From: Vicugna vicugna
Taxonomy: Eukaryota
Assembly: GCA_013265495.1 (NCBI GenBank)
Contig: MU060965.1
Span: 124,001-188,000 of the forward strand
Reading direction: 5' to 3'
DNA length: 64,000 bases
In this document: one piece after another, positions 35,203-48,356 of the stretch
How positions within the stretch are numbered: the stretch's first letter is position 1
Layout of the letters: each line of letters starts with the position of its first letter
Notes under the pieces: generated by a model
Told to the model about the DNA's origin: nothing
The model's database searches: none
What the model saw: only the letters and a program-made list of their open reading frames with translations
Program-made: the position numbers and the translations under genes

Positions 35203-37384
35203 GTGAGTCAGGCCCGACCCCTGTCCGGCTTCAGACCCGGAGCAGTGACCAGACAACCTCGCGCTGCGTTTACTTTCTTTGGCAAACCCTTTGTCTGCGG
35301 TTGTCTTACTCCTTAGGTGTAGACCCAGCCTCTTCCCCCGTGACCTCTCACTTCAGGCAGGCCCCCCACCGGCTTTTCTTTTTTACCCTTTTTATGTCTG
35401 CATTTTTCTGTAACGCTGTAACAGACTTTGTCTCTGGAGCAGGTGCCGGGTCACGGCAGATTGGGGGGGGTCCAGAGCTTCCGTGGCCCCGCCACCCCGC
35501 TCCCAGCAGGGTGTGGAGCCCGGAGCCGGTCCTGCCCGTCGGCAGGGAGCCTGGAGGCGCTTGCAGAAAACGTGTTCCGCTGTAAGGCCAAGTCCTGTTA
35601 ACATGAGCAACTCCACTGGTTGGAAGTTTGTGAAAGCGGGGACAGAAACTTCACTGAAAGCTGCATTTTAATTTCTTTTTTTTCCAGTGGATTATTGGAG
35701 TAACAGTGTCTCATACGTTTAAATGTGTTTACATTATTAAAGTCAGTTATTTTCAGATCTCTGGTGGCCTATAGAAACACCTGTGTGTGTGCAGACGACA
35801 AATACAGTTTTTACTGTTTGTCCCCGAGCTGTGTTTAGCCGTGAGCCTGGGGACGGAGCCTGGCCAGCCTCCCCTCCTCCTCCCCAGGCTGGTCCTCGTC
35901 CTGTCGCCGGCCCACCCGCCCCGACCCTCCATCCCTCGGGGCTGCTCTCCTGGCCGGAGGTGGTGGCAGGGCCATCGGGAAGCCTCAGGGAGGGGCAGCC
36001 GCCAGTCCCCGCGCACAGGGACAGAGGAGCCGTCTTCGGCTTCCTTCCAACCCCACCCTCTGCTTCCAGACACACTGCTGAGCCGTGAGGAGGCGCGGCC
36101 GGTCACCCTGGGGGTCAGTGGGCCTTGGGTTCCGGATCCCAGGCCCCTCCTGTCCCTGTATCATCAGCGCCTGGCCCACCTTCGTTACCCCCTTTAGTTG
36201 TCACATGAGTCAGACAGAGTATTGAGTGTATTTTTGTCTTAAGCCACATTTTCCCTGTTTTGTAAATTTTACTGCCATGTGTCCCAGTACCTCCGAACGA
36301 GCTCCCCTCACTCGGCCTGGACTGACGCTGTTTCCCTAGTGGTCACGGGGTCAGGGAGGTGAGGGGCCCGGAGCGGTGGGAACCGCACGTACCTCTTAAC
36401 AGGCTCCTTCGGGCCCCAGGCCCTGAATACTGTAGAGCCCTGAACGCTGAATTTCCTGTGCAAAGTCTTCCATACATTTAATAAACATCTCTTCAAAGAC
36501 AGACCTAAATCGTTCCTCCCAGCAGAAAACTGAATTTTTTAATGCACTGATCGCCTGCGGGAGGTGTCTGCTCTGAGTCCAGCCTGTCTCAGCCGAGGAT
36601 TTAATGGTGCCTGTGAGGCAAGGAGGGGAGAGGAGTTTGCTCAGGACTGGTTGCGAGGGAGCCTGTGAGCTGTGCGTCTCCGAGACCCGTCCTGACCGGG
36701 TGGGCCGTCCCGTCTGCAACCTGCGGGCCTGGCTCTCCTCTTGCAGCGCAGCTCCCAGGGGACGCCCCCCGCGTGGGCGCCGCCCCAGCCTGTGGGGTGG
36801 GGACCAGGAGGAGGATGCTGGGGCGCTTCACAGGGAAAGCTGCGTGACCGTTTGAGTGCAGGTTTCTGTGTGGGTCGGTTTCCACTCCCCTGGCCCAGAC
36901 GCCCTGGCGTCACGAACGCTTGCCGGGCCATCTAGTAAACCCGTTGTTTGTTTTCAGAGGAACAGCCAGACCGTTCCCGGAGCGGGGACTCCGTTTTACT
37001 CGCCCGCCAGCAACGCCGAGAGGCCCGTGCCTCAGCCTCCCCGGCCGCGCTGGGCCCTGCGTCTCGGTGCAGTTCAGGCAGGCGTCGCCCTCGTGGCTTC
37101 CGGACGCTTGGCGGGCGCTTGTCTGCCTTCGGCGCCTGCTCTTCGGTGCACCCGCGGCTCCTGCCCGCTTCTTCCCTGGGCTGCTTGAGGGCTTGTGTCT
37201 TCGCTGCTGAGCCTTGAGAGTCTGTGTATTATAGACCTCAGCCCACTTCAGACCAGCCTCGGGGGCTCACAGTGCAGAGCCGGCCCTGCTGAGGTCCGGT
37301 CGCCGACTCTCCCGTCATGGGCTGTGCTTCAGTTCAGGGTTGAGAACTCTTTGCCAAGCCCTGGAGCCCAAGGGTTTTTCTCCT

Positions 37385-37855
37385 GTTTTTTTTCCTAAAA
37401 GGCTTGTACTTTTATGTTCTAGACTGAAGTTCTGACCCGTTTTGCGTCACTTTTCCCGCAAGGCGTGAGGTTCGTGTGGAAGTCCCCTTTCTGCCCGGTC
37501 GCTCCGGCCTCGTCTGTCGCAGAGGCTGCCGCTCCTCCCCTGAGCTGCTCTCGATCCTGGGGAGCGTGTTCGTGGGTGTGTTTCTGGGTTCTCTGTCCTG
37601 ATGTGATGGTGTGTGCCGTCCTCCACGGGGACCCCGCGGTCCCGGCCCCTGCGGCCGCGTCACCGCCTTCACACCGCAGGTGACTCCCGCCCACCCTCCG
37701 GTCCGAGCGCTGTGGCCTTTCCCCGTGGAGCTCGGAGCACGCCCGTGGAGGTCTGCAGACACGCTTGCGGGATTTGCATAGGAGTTTTGCTGAGCCCGTG
37801 GGTCTAACTGGGGAGAGAGAGCAGCCCCCAGTTTTTAAGTCTTCAGACACTGGGG
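37385..37855 (-). mobile_element. L1 ORF2 3' fragment, heavily GC-shifted
   Basis: Collinear with antisense L1 ORF2 as recalled (gtgggtgtgtttctgggttctctgtcctg; ggaggtctgcagacacgcttgcgggattt; gggtctaactgggagaga; ttttaagtcttc). Confidence 0.65.
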
Positions 37856-38571
37856 TGAGCTGGGGCCACCATCCGGGTGACAGGGACCCACTTGTCCTCA
37901 GACGGAAGCACCTGGTGGGCAGCAGCGAGACCGGCCAGGCAGCTGGAAGGACTCTGACCCCAGGAGCTCATCACTGACTGGTGGGGTTCCGATGTCCCTT
38001 CACCGTCCAGACGCTGTCCGATGTCCCCATCGGAGAAGAGGGGCTTTCCTGGGCGGTGATGACCCTCTGGTGATGATCAAACTGCAGTGATTAACTCCTA
38101 CGTAAAAGTCTGTATGACAAACATTCTGTGATTCATTTTTACTTCAGTTTTGCAACATGGTTTCCGGGTTCTGCTTCATTCTTGTCACATTCATGTCACC
38201 TGGACAGTTCTTGGTTGCGGTGTTCAGAAACGCGAGAGCTCTCCCACCTGGTCCTAGGTTAGCGCCTTCCCGCAGGAGTAACTCCCACTCGGCCTGTTGG
38301 CGCTCGCGCTGCCCTGCGGGGGCCGGATCGGGGCGGTGTGGTGACGGCTGTTGTGTTTTCACAGCAGAGCCCTCTGCCGTAATGCACTTCCCTGCGTCAC
38401 GGGTCTGACTGGTGCGCTGACCACGCTGGTCTCTCTTGGATTTGGGCCGAGCGTCTGGGAAATGACCTGCCTCAGAGTCACACTAATGAACACAGACCTG
38501 CCCGCAGCGTCCCCTGTGGGAGCCGCTGCACGAAGGCGGTTCATGGCGCTGTCTGTCTGTCTGTCCTGCAG

Positions 38572-38700
38572 GTCGGGGACATCGTCATGGTCAAGGAGGA
38601 CGAGACCTTCCCCTGCGACCTGGTCTTTTTGTCCAGCAGCCGCGCAGACGGGACCTGCCACGTGACCACCGCCAGCCTGGACGGGGAGTCCAGCCACAAA
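38572..38700 (+). CDS. ATP11A: ATP11A exon 6 (129 nt): [43 protein letters not shown] (A domain, DGES)
   Basis: Acceptor tctgtctgtcctgcag, donor AAA|gtaatg; VGDIV and LDGES actuator motifs. Confidence 0.97.
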
Positions 38701-40664
38701 GTAATGTGCCTGTGATTCGTGACCCGGGGCCCCCTTCCGAGCCGAGCGCGTGTGTCCAGAAGGGACACCGCGTGTGAGGCTCAGCGAGTGCAGGGAACCC
38801 GGCTGCTCTTCCCCCTCGGTGTCCGTGAGGACCCGCCTCTCAGGTTGACAGAAGCAACCCCGAGTCGCTTACTGGCTGTGTTGTTTAGCCCGGGTAACAA
38901 GTCCAGGGTGCAAGGAGTAGCTTGTTGGAATTTTTAAGTTTTCATTTTACTGGTCAAAGTCAGGGACTTTACTAGACTGGAACTGTGTGAAAAGTGAGTC
39001 CAAATTTTGCCCGAGTATTCCTTCAATGAGTGTCTTTGTGTTAAAATATCTTCGCAAGGATTTGCTGAAATTATAATTAGTTTCTTACACTCAGGATGGA
39101 ATTCAGCTGGTGCCACACAATTTTAATAAATAATCGAAAGAAAAACAAAAAAACCACATCCCTGTTAATTTTGAGGATTCCAATGTTTAAAAACCTGGAC
39201 GCTTCCGAGGAGCCTCTGGACGTGAGCTCGGCTCCGACGGTGCTGAAGCTGCCTGTGGATGCGCTCAGCTCCCCCAGAGGGAAGGAGACGCTTTCTGTGC
39301 AAACAGCCCTGAAGGATGTGCTGGTCCTCTATGGACAGCCCTGTGGGGCTTCTGCGTCCACCTCCACATTGCCTTTGTAACCAGCCCCAAGAGAGGGCGC
39401 CCTCTGCACCACTGACCATCAGCAAGAATAGAAAGCGGAGGGTGTTCAGTGGCTGTTGGAGCACCGGGGTGGGGGTGGGGGTCGTGTTCTCATCCTCCCT
39501 GGCCTGGATGAGCCGCGAATCCCCGGCTGCGGGCCGTGGGCCACCGCCTGCACCCCCCAACCCTGGAGGGATGTCCTGCCCATACTGGCCCCAGCTCCAC
39601 TGCCAGCAGATGCCAGGGGGTCCAGGGGCATCACTGTTTTCGGGGTAAAGTTTGGTGGCAGCTGCCCTGGTCCAGACGTGGCCAAGGTCAGGATCATGCT
39701 GCACTTGGACCTTCGTGTGTCTGTGCTCGGGGCCTGGGGTCATCTGAGCCCTTTCCTTGAAAGCAGAGTGGGCGTGGGACACCCCCGCCCTGGTCATGTT
39801 TTCACGTCCATAAAATGGACACAAACCTGTCTTCCAGGGGCTCTTGGGAGGAACTCATTAGAAAATTCCCCAAAGTGCTGGATACACACACCCCCCCACG
39901 GCGGCACAGATGTGGCCACAAGGGCTGCTGGGATCGCGTCCCCTGCTGCTCTGAGTCACCGGAGAGACACGTGCCCTCTCACCAGCCCCAACGCTGTCCC
40001 TCCCCCTGTTCACACCCCCAGTGCCTCCTGGGCTGGCTTCCCAGGACCGGGTCGCAGACCAGCAGCAGCAGCTTACCTGGGATCAGGGTAGACGTGCAGG
40101 TCTCGGGTTCCGCCCCAGACCCACAGCCCAGAAACTCCGAGGCGAGGCCAGGGGGTCCATGCCCGACCAGCCCTCCCGGGCATCCCGAGGCCCACCTGGG
40201 GCCGAGGCCGGGTGAGGGTCTGGGCGGGTACGCTCCCCGGACAGGGACCGGCAGGGCATTTGTGGTGCCTGCGACAGCTCTCTGTAGACAACAGGGAATC
40301 GTATAAACAGGAAGGAATATTTTAGCTCCTGAGTCTGTGTCTGAGCCACCACTGCGGGGTTAAATCGAAGCGCCCGGTTCTGAAGAATTACCAGCATTGC
40401 CATGTGTCCTTTTACCTTTAAGTGGGGGCTCTGCTAAGGATGGAAGAGGCCTGGGGCCTGACAGACTCAGGAACAGCAGTGGCCTCATAGTTCCGTAACT
40501 GACTTATATTCACAGACTCCTTCCTGTAGGTCTGGTCCCGTGGGGTCATCGGGCTGTTTACACGCATAAACGGTGAAGCTTGGTGCTGCCGAGGACGGCA
40601 GGCACCTGCGCTGGCTTCCTGCTGGTGGTTGTGGTGTGAATTCGCACTTTCTGTCCGTCTGCAG

Positions 40665-40768
40665 ACCCATTATGCAGTTCAAGACACAAAGGGGTTTCAC
40701 ACTGAAGAGGACGTCGGCGGCCTGCACGCCACCATCGAGTGCGAACAGCCCCAGCCCGACCTCTACAG
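40665..40768 (+). CDS. ATP11A: ATP11A exon 7 (104 nt): [34 protein letters not shown](R)
   Basis: Acceptor tttctgtccgtctgcag, donor AG|gtgagc; phase 2 end. Confidence 0.96.
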
Positions 40769-41246
40769 GTGAGCCGCCTGCTGCCCGCCGCCCCGCTGCC
40801 CGCCCCCGGTCCACCGCCCACCCCCGGTCATGCCCGCCCCAAGTCCACCGCATTGGGCGCCTGGAAGGAGACTGAGCGTCCCTGTGTTAAATTTAAGACT
40901 CGGTCAAAAACACGTCCCTTGTGTATTTACACAGCCCAGCAGCGTCCCGATGGTGGCTCTTTATACGGATAGTTGATACAAATATTCGAAAAGGCCTAAT
41001 GCAACTAAATTTGTTGAGGAAAAATGAATTTTCTGTATTTTGAGGAAGTGATTTTAAGGAAAACCGTTAAAGTCACAGGCTGATGAAACAGGAAGCAAAG
41101 GGAGGGCGAGGGATGAGGAACCCGGCTCAGGCCACCTCCCTCCTGCGGAGCAGGGGCTCGGTCCCGCCCCCGGCCCCTGCTGCCCTACCAACTACCTACC
41201 TAACTGAGGGAGCCTGCGGTCACCAACCTGCCTCCCCTGTTGCCAG

Positions 41247-41297
41247 GTTTGTGGGCCGCATCAACGTCTACAGCGACCTGAACGACCCCGTGGTGAG
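41247..41297 (+). CDS. ATP11A: ATP11A exon 8 (51 nt): (R)FVGRINVYSDLNDPVV(R)
   Basis: Acceptor cctcccctgttgccag, donor AG|gtgagg; phase 2-2. Confidence 0.95.
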
Positions 41298-42619
41298 GTG
41301 AGGAGACGTGCTGCTCCCGGGCAAGTTCCTCTCGTGTTAAATTGCAAGCGGATTCCTCTGCTGAGGAGAGAATTTCCCCGGGCGCCGAGGGTGGGGCTCC
41401 TCCTGTGTACGCGTCTAGGCGTGCCGGCGTCTCACTGGCGGAGAGCGACCCCCCGTGATCGTGCTGGGGCCCCTCCCGGCGGCAGAAGGCCTTTCATAGC
41501 GAGCGGACCGTGAGTCTTCAGCTGTGGGGTCGGAGGGCTTCCGACGGGGAGGCCGTTCACTGGTTCATCGTCACCCCTGGGACACGGTCTTGGCTCTAGA
41601 TGTCGGGGAGTACGAGGGCCTGTCACGGGGTCACTTCCCCTGGGGACGGGGGGCCCTGCCTCTGGGGACGCCCACCCGTGCATCTCGGCCGCCTGCTCGG
41701 CCTCACCTGACGCAGGTGGCCGACTCGGAGCCCGGGACGAGCCGGGTCAGGACCAGCGCGGCCTGTGCTGCGCGCACTTCCCGGCCGGGCGCCCTGGGTC
41801 TGGACGTCGTCCGTCGCTCTGCACGGAGCGGCCTGGCTTTCACTCAGCTTGGAAGTTGCGCCTTTTCCGTAAAGCCCGCTTGTTAGGGGAGCTGTTTTTC
41901 TTCGAGTTTAAGTCTCCAAATTGTCCCTGACCTGGTGTTACCTTGTGTGTCAGAGAAAACCCTTGCCCAGAAGCAGAAAAGAGCTCAGGGGAAATGGCTG
42001 CGGAGTAAGCGGTCACTGGACCACGAGTCCCTGGGGCTGACCTCCTCGAGTGGCTCTCGAAATTACCTGTTTCAGGGAGACAGGCTGGTGCTCCCCGAGC
42101 ATGTTTTTAATCACCGTTTGCGGCAGCAGACCGGCAGGTGTGTCCCAGAATCTACGGAGGCTTTGCTTCGGTCTTTGTTAAATATGTATCGTTGTAAATA
42201 CCTAGTTACTTTGGAGAAATGACCTGGGTTTCTGTGTCTCTGATCGTGTTTGAACAAGAGAGAGTAGATTTAGGTACATTCACGTGCCCTGAAGTCGGCC
42301 TGCAGACCCTCCTCGTTTGGTATTTGGACGGAGTTGCAGGCTGAGCCCCTCGCAAAGGTCGTTAATAACACACTTAGTATTTGGTGCTTATTCTGGCTTA
42401 GCTTTTTAAGTATTTCTACAGTTCAGCAGACTTTCAGTATATGGGTGTCTGAGATGTTTATACGTTTGTGGTGTGGACAGTTATGAATTCTAGGTCCAAC
42501 TTCTCCGTCTTTTCAGAGTAATATTTCTTCATTCACCTGTCCAAACTAGAAGCAGCGCACTTTTTTCCCCAATATTTGTTTCTTTGAAGAAAAATTCTCT
42601 TAATAACCAGGTTTTGCAC

Positions 42620-42739
42620 GGGTGGGAGGGGTAATTAGGTTTATTTATTTGTTTATTATTTTAATGGCAGTACTGGGGATTGAACCCAGGACCTCGTGCA
42701 TGCTAAGCACGCGCTCTACCACTGAGCTGTCCCCTCCCC
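42620..42739 (-). mobile_element. tRNA-derived SINE (Vic-1-like), best-preserved copy, intron 8
   Basis: Reverse complement ggggaggggacagctcagtggtagagcgcgtgcttagcatgcacgaggtcctgggttcaatccccagtac; recognisable A and B boxes and (taaa)n tail. Confidence 0.9.
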
Positions 42740-43195
42740 TGCAAAGTACGTTTTTAAGTAAACTATTCTTAGACTGCCCAGAAGTACTTTATAAGAGGGC
42801 CATTTGTTTTCATAAAGTCAGGAGGCTGACAGCTCTTGTAACACGCAGACACCAAGTGCGCAGCCGGACGCTGTGTCTCACGTGGCTGTCAGGCCGGGGA
42901 CACACGTGGGGGCCGGGGGCAGGTCGCAGCAGGCCAGGTGTGTCCCCGCCAGCACGCCTCGCTGAGCAGCCCCTTCTCGTCTTCAGCGGGGCGTGGTCCT
43001 GCGCTGCGCTGTCTGAGTGCTGAAGGCACGCTGAGTTTGTAACGTGCAGGAGGCGCCCGCTCTCTGCGTACACTGACAGAGAAGGCGAACCTTTGAAAGT
43101 ACTTGCAGCTCGTCCCTCTCCCCTCCAGGACGTGGCGAGGGCGCTGCGATAACACAGTTGGTGCATCTGGATTGTGCTGTTTTTTCAACTGCACG

Positions 43196-43350
43196 TTTAT
43201 GTTTTTAATTTTATTACTTTTTTGTTTTAAGGTTTTGTTTTGGGGGTTAGTAAGGTTTCTTTTGTTTGTTTTAATGGAGGCACTGGGGGCGCAGCGCAGG
43301 ACCTGGTGTGTGCTAAGCACGCGCTCTACTGCTGAGCTCTACCCGCCCCC
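43196..43350 (-). mobile_element. tRNA-derived SINE (Vic-1-like), intron 8
   Basis: ttaatggaggcactggggg...ctaagcacgcgctctactgctgagctctacccgccccc with a T-rich tail; homologous to the 42620 copy. Confidence 0.85.
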
Positions 43351-44155
43351 TGAATTCTGCTTCTTATTTCTCTCCTACTCTTGGGAAATGAGAAGAAGTT
43401 ATCACTCAGTCAGCAAAGGGGCCACCGGACCACGAGCCCCCATAGCAGAGACTCACGGTTGAGTCTCAACGTCTTGTTCCTGCCCGACTTCCCGCTGGAG
43501 CAGCCGTGTGTGGACTGTTCCAGGCTTCAGGCCACCTGCCTTCAGGGGGCCTGGTGGGCTTGGTGGCAGTGCGTGTAAAGGTCTCCCAGCCTTGGTTCTA
43601 CAGGTGTGACCGTGTCACACAGAACTCCCGGGGAACGTGGTGGAGACCACCGAAGGAGTCACAGAGACCGCCCTTCCGCTTTGCCAGAGCCCATGGGGTG
43701 TTTGGTGCGGGGCCGCAGGCGTGCAGCCTGTTGGGAGTGGATTTCTGGGCTGGTCCGTCAGGTGACACTTCTGACCAGGGCTGGGTACTACTGACGGCAC
43801 AGTGCAGGGACCCCGCAGGTCGGCCTTCCACCCTCACTGTCGCAGGTGGAATGGGGTTAAAGCTTTGGGGTGCGACTCGGGGGCTGGGTTGGGGGCTTGG
43901 GGTGCGGCTCAGGGGCTGTGGGAGAGGGTGAGGCTGGCCCAGCAAAGCTGACTGCAGGAATCTTCCAGCAGACGGGTTCTTACCGTCCCGCGGGCAGAGA
44001 CCCCGTGCTTTACGTGGACCCGGTTAACGTTCACATCCAAACACAAGCAAATCCACTCTGAGACAGTTTCCTCCTAAGCGAAGTCTGCAAAGCCCCCTTG
44101 TGGTGCAGACGTGCTGTCCCCATTGCTCTGTTTCTGGTCATCCTTGTCTCTGCAG

Positions 44156-44220
44156 GCCATTAGGATCGGAAAACTTGCTTCTTAGAGGAGCCACGCTAAA
44201 GAACACCGAGAAAATCTTCG
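44156..44220 (+). CDS. ATP11A: ATP11A exon 9 (65 nt): (R)PLGSENLLLRGATLKNTEKIF(G); absent from the supplied ORF track
   Basis: Acceptor tccttgtctctgcag, donor G|gtaaat; conserved LLLRG..L.NT motif read directly from sequence. Confidence 0.96.
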
Positions 44221-44728
44221 GTAAATGTTTTAATTAGTGAATTGTTAATAATAGCTTCTAAAATTAAGGGCCATTAAGCAGTTAAAATCCGTAGAGCGGC
44301 CGCAAGAGCTTCGCTTCGTGCTTGGAGGTCCTGTGGGCCTTGTGGCAGCAGCCACGCTGCCTCCCAGGAAAGCCAGCACCGAGGTGTGGCCACGCCCCGG
44401 GAGGCGGTGGCGTCTGAGGGTGCGCCTGCTCGCACATCACGTGCCTGTGGTTTTTGACCCAAACGTGAACTCAGTCCGTGAGAGAGTCCACACGGCCTTG
44501 TTCTGCAGGAAACGTCTTCCATGGCTGTTTCTTTGCTCGTGTCTCCCTCCCCTTCCTGTTGGGTTAACGCTTATGTTTTCACCGAAACAACTTGTAAACA
44601 GACAAATGTGTCCTGTTGTTGGAAACCCAGTATATCTGCATCTGAACTTTAAAAAAAGGTACAGATTGCTCCCCATGCAGGGGGAAGGTGTTTCGTTGGT
44701 CTAAAGAACCCGATGCGACTCTTCCTGA

Positions 44729-44941
<213 letters not shown>

Positions 44942-45225
44942 TAAGGCTCGGTACCCCGCGGTGGCTTTCGGCTGTCGCAGGCCCCCGTGGATGTGAGGCC
45001 GCTCTCTCCCTGGCCTCGAGCGCCGCTCCCGCGTGGCGTCGGGGGGACAGCAGAGCTGATTACTCAGGCCGACCGTCCTCCTTTGTGGGCCTGTCAGCGG
45101 CCACACACCCTCAGCCCACGTCTGCAGGCTCCCTCGTGTGGGCTCCCAGAGTCCCGGTCCAGAGTCAGATACAGGTGCCCAGTGGCTCCTCCCACTGTTT
45201 CTTAAAAAAGTAAAAATTCGGTCAC

Positions 45226-45318
45226 TTTATTTGTGTATTTGTTTTTAGTGGGGGCACTGGGGCTGACCCCGTGCCTGCTCAGCCCGCGCTCCCCCCCGAG
45301 CTGTGTGTCCCCCACCCC
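45226..45318 (-). mobile_element. Degenerate tRNA-derived SINE, intron 10
   Basis: T-rich tail then gggggcactggggctgacccc...ctcagcccgcgctc...gagctgtgtgtccccc; same layout as the other copies with deletions. Confidence 0.6.
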
Positions 45319-45702
45319 GGGTCACTTTTACCTCTGGGGTTTGGTGGAAACCACGTATTCTGACGCGGCTTTACCGAGGAAGGCCTCAGCAGAGGGAGCC
45401 GTTTTCTTATCGCTGAACGAGAAGAGCCTTATGCTGACAAGACAGGGACGGAGCCGTTTGTAAGGAACGCAGCTGGGGTTTTGTCCGCTTTGCCTCTTGT
45501 TAACACGCATCCTGACTCGAGGCGGCGCTGCGTCTTCACATGGCGTTTAGCAGAGAGCTGCGCGCTGCTTGGCCACTCGGGGGCGGTCGGGCCGCTCTCT
45601 GCTGTTGACCTGGAAGTGTGACTGTGGGTCTCTGTCCGTCAGTGGCTGCGGCAAATGTGAAATGCAGAGTTAAGTCTCATGGAGCAGCAATGCCTGGTTT
45701 CC

Positions 45703-45858
45703 GGGGGAGGGTCCAGCTCAGCGGTGGAGCGCACACTGGGCACGCGAAAGGTCCCGGGCTCAGTCCCCAGAGCCTCCTCCAGTAATGGACAAATACATAA
45801 ACCCAGTTACCTCCCAACTCAACAAAAAATAAATTTTTAAATTTTTTAAAAATAAAAT
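45703..45858 (+). mobile_element. tRNA-derived SINE (Vic-1-like), sense orientation, intron 10
   Basis: ggggagggtccagctcagcggtggagcgcacactgggcacgcgaaaggtcccgggctcagtccccag plus aaacccagttacctccc and A-rich tail. Confidence 0.85.
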
Positions 45859-46412
45859 GGCATTTTATGGTTCAAAGCTGACATACGTTAAAGATGGACA
45901 AATTTGGAGAGAAAGAAAGGATGCTTAGTCTTCTGGTGTTGGCAGACACACTGGTTTCAGAAACAGATACTGGGAACTCAGACCTTCTTCATAAGGCCCG
46001 TGAGGCACTGGCCAAGGACGCCACATCTTTCCTGCTCAGAGGGCGTCCATCCGTCCCTCCCTCCCCCCCTCCTTCGTGCCGGTCAGTGCCAGGTTTGGGG
46101 CTCCCTGATGGACGCCTCACAGTAGAAGACGCTGATCTCCGGGTGTCCTTTGAATTAAGAACCCTCGACCATGTGGAAGCCCTGTGGGCCGGGCACGTGT
46201 GCGTGGCCCTCCGCCCGCCTGGTGTGCCGCCCTCAGCTCTGCCCCTGGTGCCCACAGACCACACATCGGTGCCCGCGGAGCGGACTCAGGTGTAGCTGTG
46301 ACAGCCGGCCGGGGGTCCTCCAACACGCGCCCGCCCTGACGTTTGTGAGGAAGGTGGGGCCCAGCTCGGTCCTCCGGGGAGCAGAACGGTCACCCGCTGT
46401 CTTGTGTTTCAG

Positions 46413-46563
46413 ATCCATGAACGTCTTCCTCATCGTGTACCTCTGCATCCTGATCAGCAAAGCGCTGATAAACACTGTCCTGAAGTACGTCTGGCAGAGC
46501 GATCCGTTCCGAGACGAGCCGTGGTACAATCAGAAGACAGAGTCAGAGAGACAGAGGAACCTG
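46413..46563 (+). CDS. ATP11A: ATP11A exon 11 (151 nt): (K)[50 protein letters not shown] (TM3)
   Basis: Acceptor tcttgtgtttcag, donor CTG|gtatga; hydrophobic TM3 then exoplasmic loop. Confidence 0.97.
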
Positions 46564-47491
46564 GTATGAAAGGTGGCTCCCTTCGGTGGGCCGCTGGGAG
46601 GGAGGCGGGGGCTGCAGCGAAGCCTTGGTATGTGAAGTCTTCATAGGAGACGCAGTCACTGATGGTGGCAGTGTCGCAGCCCCCCCGGCTGGGACACGGG
46701 TCACTCCGCCCCCTGTGGGAGTTTGAATATCCAGGGCTGGAGAGGTGCCAGTTGGTGCTGTAGATCCATAAGGACGCACGTTGAACATCGGTGCTTCCAG
46801 AGCCCAGTGCGGCGGCTCGTCCAGTAGACACGTACTAGTGACCGTGACGTACGTGGTCCCTGCTCACGGTGACACCGGGAGGAGGCAACCCTCAGTGACG
46901 GGAAACTAGTAACAATGAGTTTGTTTTCACTTCTGGGATTTAAGCTCCGTTGCTCGTGTTTGTCAGAAGTGTCTCCCCGAAACCAGCGTGTTACGGGGAC
47001 TCGGTTAACCCTCCCCTGCTGAGAACAGTGGCTCTCTGGCCGGGCCTGCCGCGCCACCCGAGCCATGTGCCGGGCCCGACCTGGGCCCCCTTCTGCCTGT
47101 GTTCAGTCTGGCCCTAGACTAAATGGCTAGAAACAGGGACGGCACTGCTCAGAAAAGTCATCTGTACAGACCCTCGCGTTTGGTCACTTATCAGAGACTC
47201 AGGGGGAACCTGGATTCATCCCAGTGTACAGTGTCCCGGGCTCTGGGCTGGAGAGGCCCCCGCCTCCAACAGTGTGACTCACAGGTGACCTGACCGCCAC
47301 CGGCGGCGCTCCTGTCCCCGGTCGACCACGGCGCCCAGATCCGGGGCCGGCGAGAAAGCCGGCAGTCAGCGCTGCCCTACGTGGTCTTTATCTTTGGGTT
47401 CAAAGCCCTAGTGTTTAAGAACGGCACCTGTGGTTGGATGGTTTGAAGCCACGCGGTGCCAGCGGGCGGGGCACTCAGCCGCGTCTCTCAG

Positions 47492-47689
47492 TTCCTCAGG
47501 GCCTTCACTGACTTCCTGGCCTTCATGGTGCTCTTCAACTACATCATCCCTGTGTCCATGTACGTCACCGTGGAGATGCAGAAGTTCCTGGGCTCCTACT
47601 TCATCGCCTGGGACGAGGAGATGTTCGACGAAGAGATGGGGGAGGGGCCCCTGGTCAACACCTCGGATCTGAACGAAGAGTTGGGGCAG
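47492..47689 (+). CDS. ATP11A: ATP11A exon 12 (198 nt): [66 protein letters not shown] (TM4)
   Basis: Acceptor gcgtctctcag, donor CAG|gtcagc; IPVSM (PISL-equivalent) and LNEELGQ motifs. Confidence 0.97.
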
Positions 47690-48356
47690 GTCAGCGGGGG
47701 GCCCCGAGCAGGAGGCCAGCAAGATGCGCAGTGCAGGACTCACCCGGGGCCCGCGGGTCGCCAACTGCCGGTGGGGGCACCCCACTCCCCCTCCTCACAA
47801 TGGCCCCACAGGGTCCAGGGTCCCCATCTTCCTTCAGTTCATCTGAATTCAAGGTGTAAAATTAGGTGTAGTTTTAACACTTTCCACAGTTTTGTCTGAA
47901 ATTTGTTTTGTCCTTCAGTTTGTTTGAATTCTGTTTTCCAAACTTTAAGCGATATTGAGAGTTTGGGCCTCCCAGACCTTCGGAATAAGCCCATCACACT
48001 CACATCCTTGATTTTTTGGTTAAATTGGACCCAGGACCTCCCCAGACCCGCCTAGTCCTTCCGTCAGATGGAAGGCTGGCTCCGCCAGGGGCGTGTGGCC
48101 TTCCTCCTGCTCCCTGTCCGGAGAAGAGCGAAGCCGCCTCCTGTGACAGCAGAGGCCCCCCCCCGCCCCGCCCGGCTCTGTCCCCACGCTCCGCCACCAG
48201 CGCTGGGGGAAGGACCGCCCCGCGTGCTCACAGTCCAGCCTGGGAAGCTGCACTTGGGGTGGAAGCTGTGGGAGTCCGGGTGGTCCAGAGACCACGGCTG
48301 TCAGGGGTCCGAGGCCCTCTGAGAGGCGGCACCTCCCAGCCGAGCCACGTCCACAG

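Noticed and set aside
42660-42739. tRNA-like sequences with A/B boxes (also at 31153, 43196, 45703, 63073)
   Set aside because: They carry SINE A-rich tails and family-specific bodies and cannot form a full cloverleaf; annotated as SINEs, not tRNA genes.
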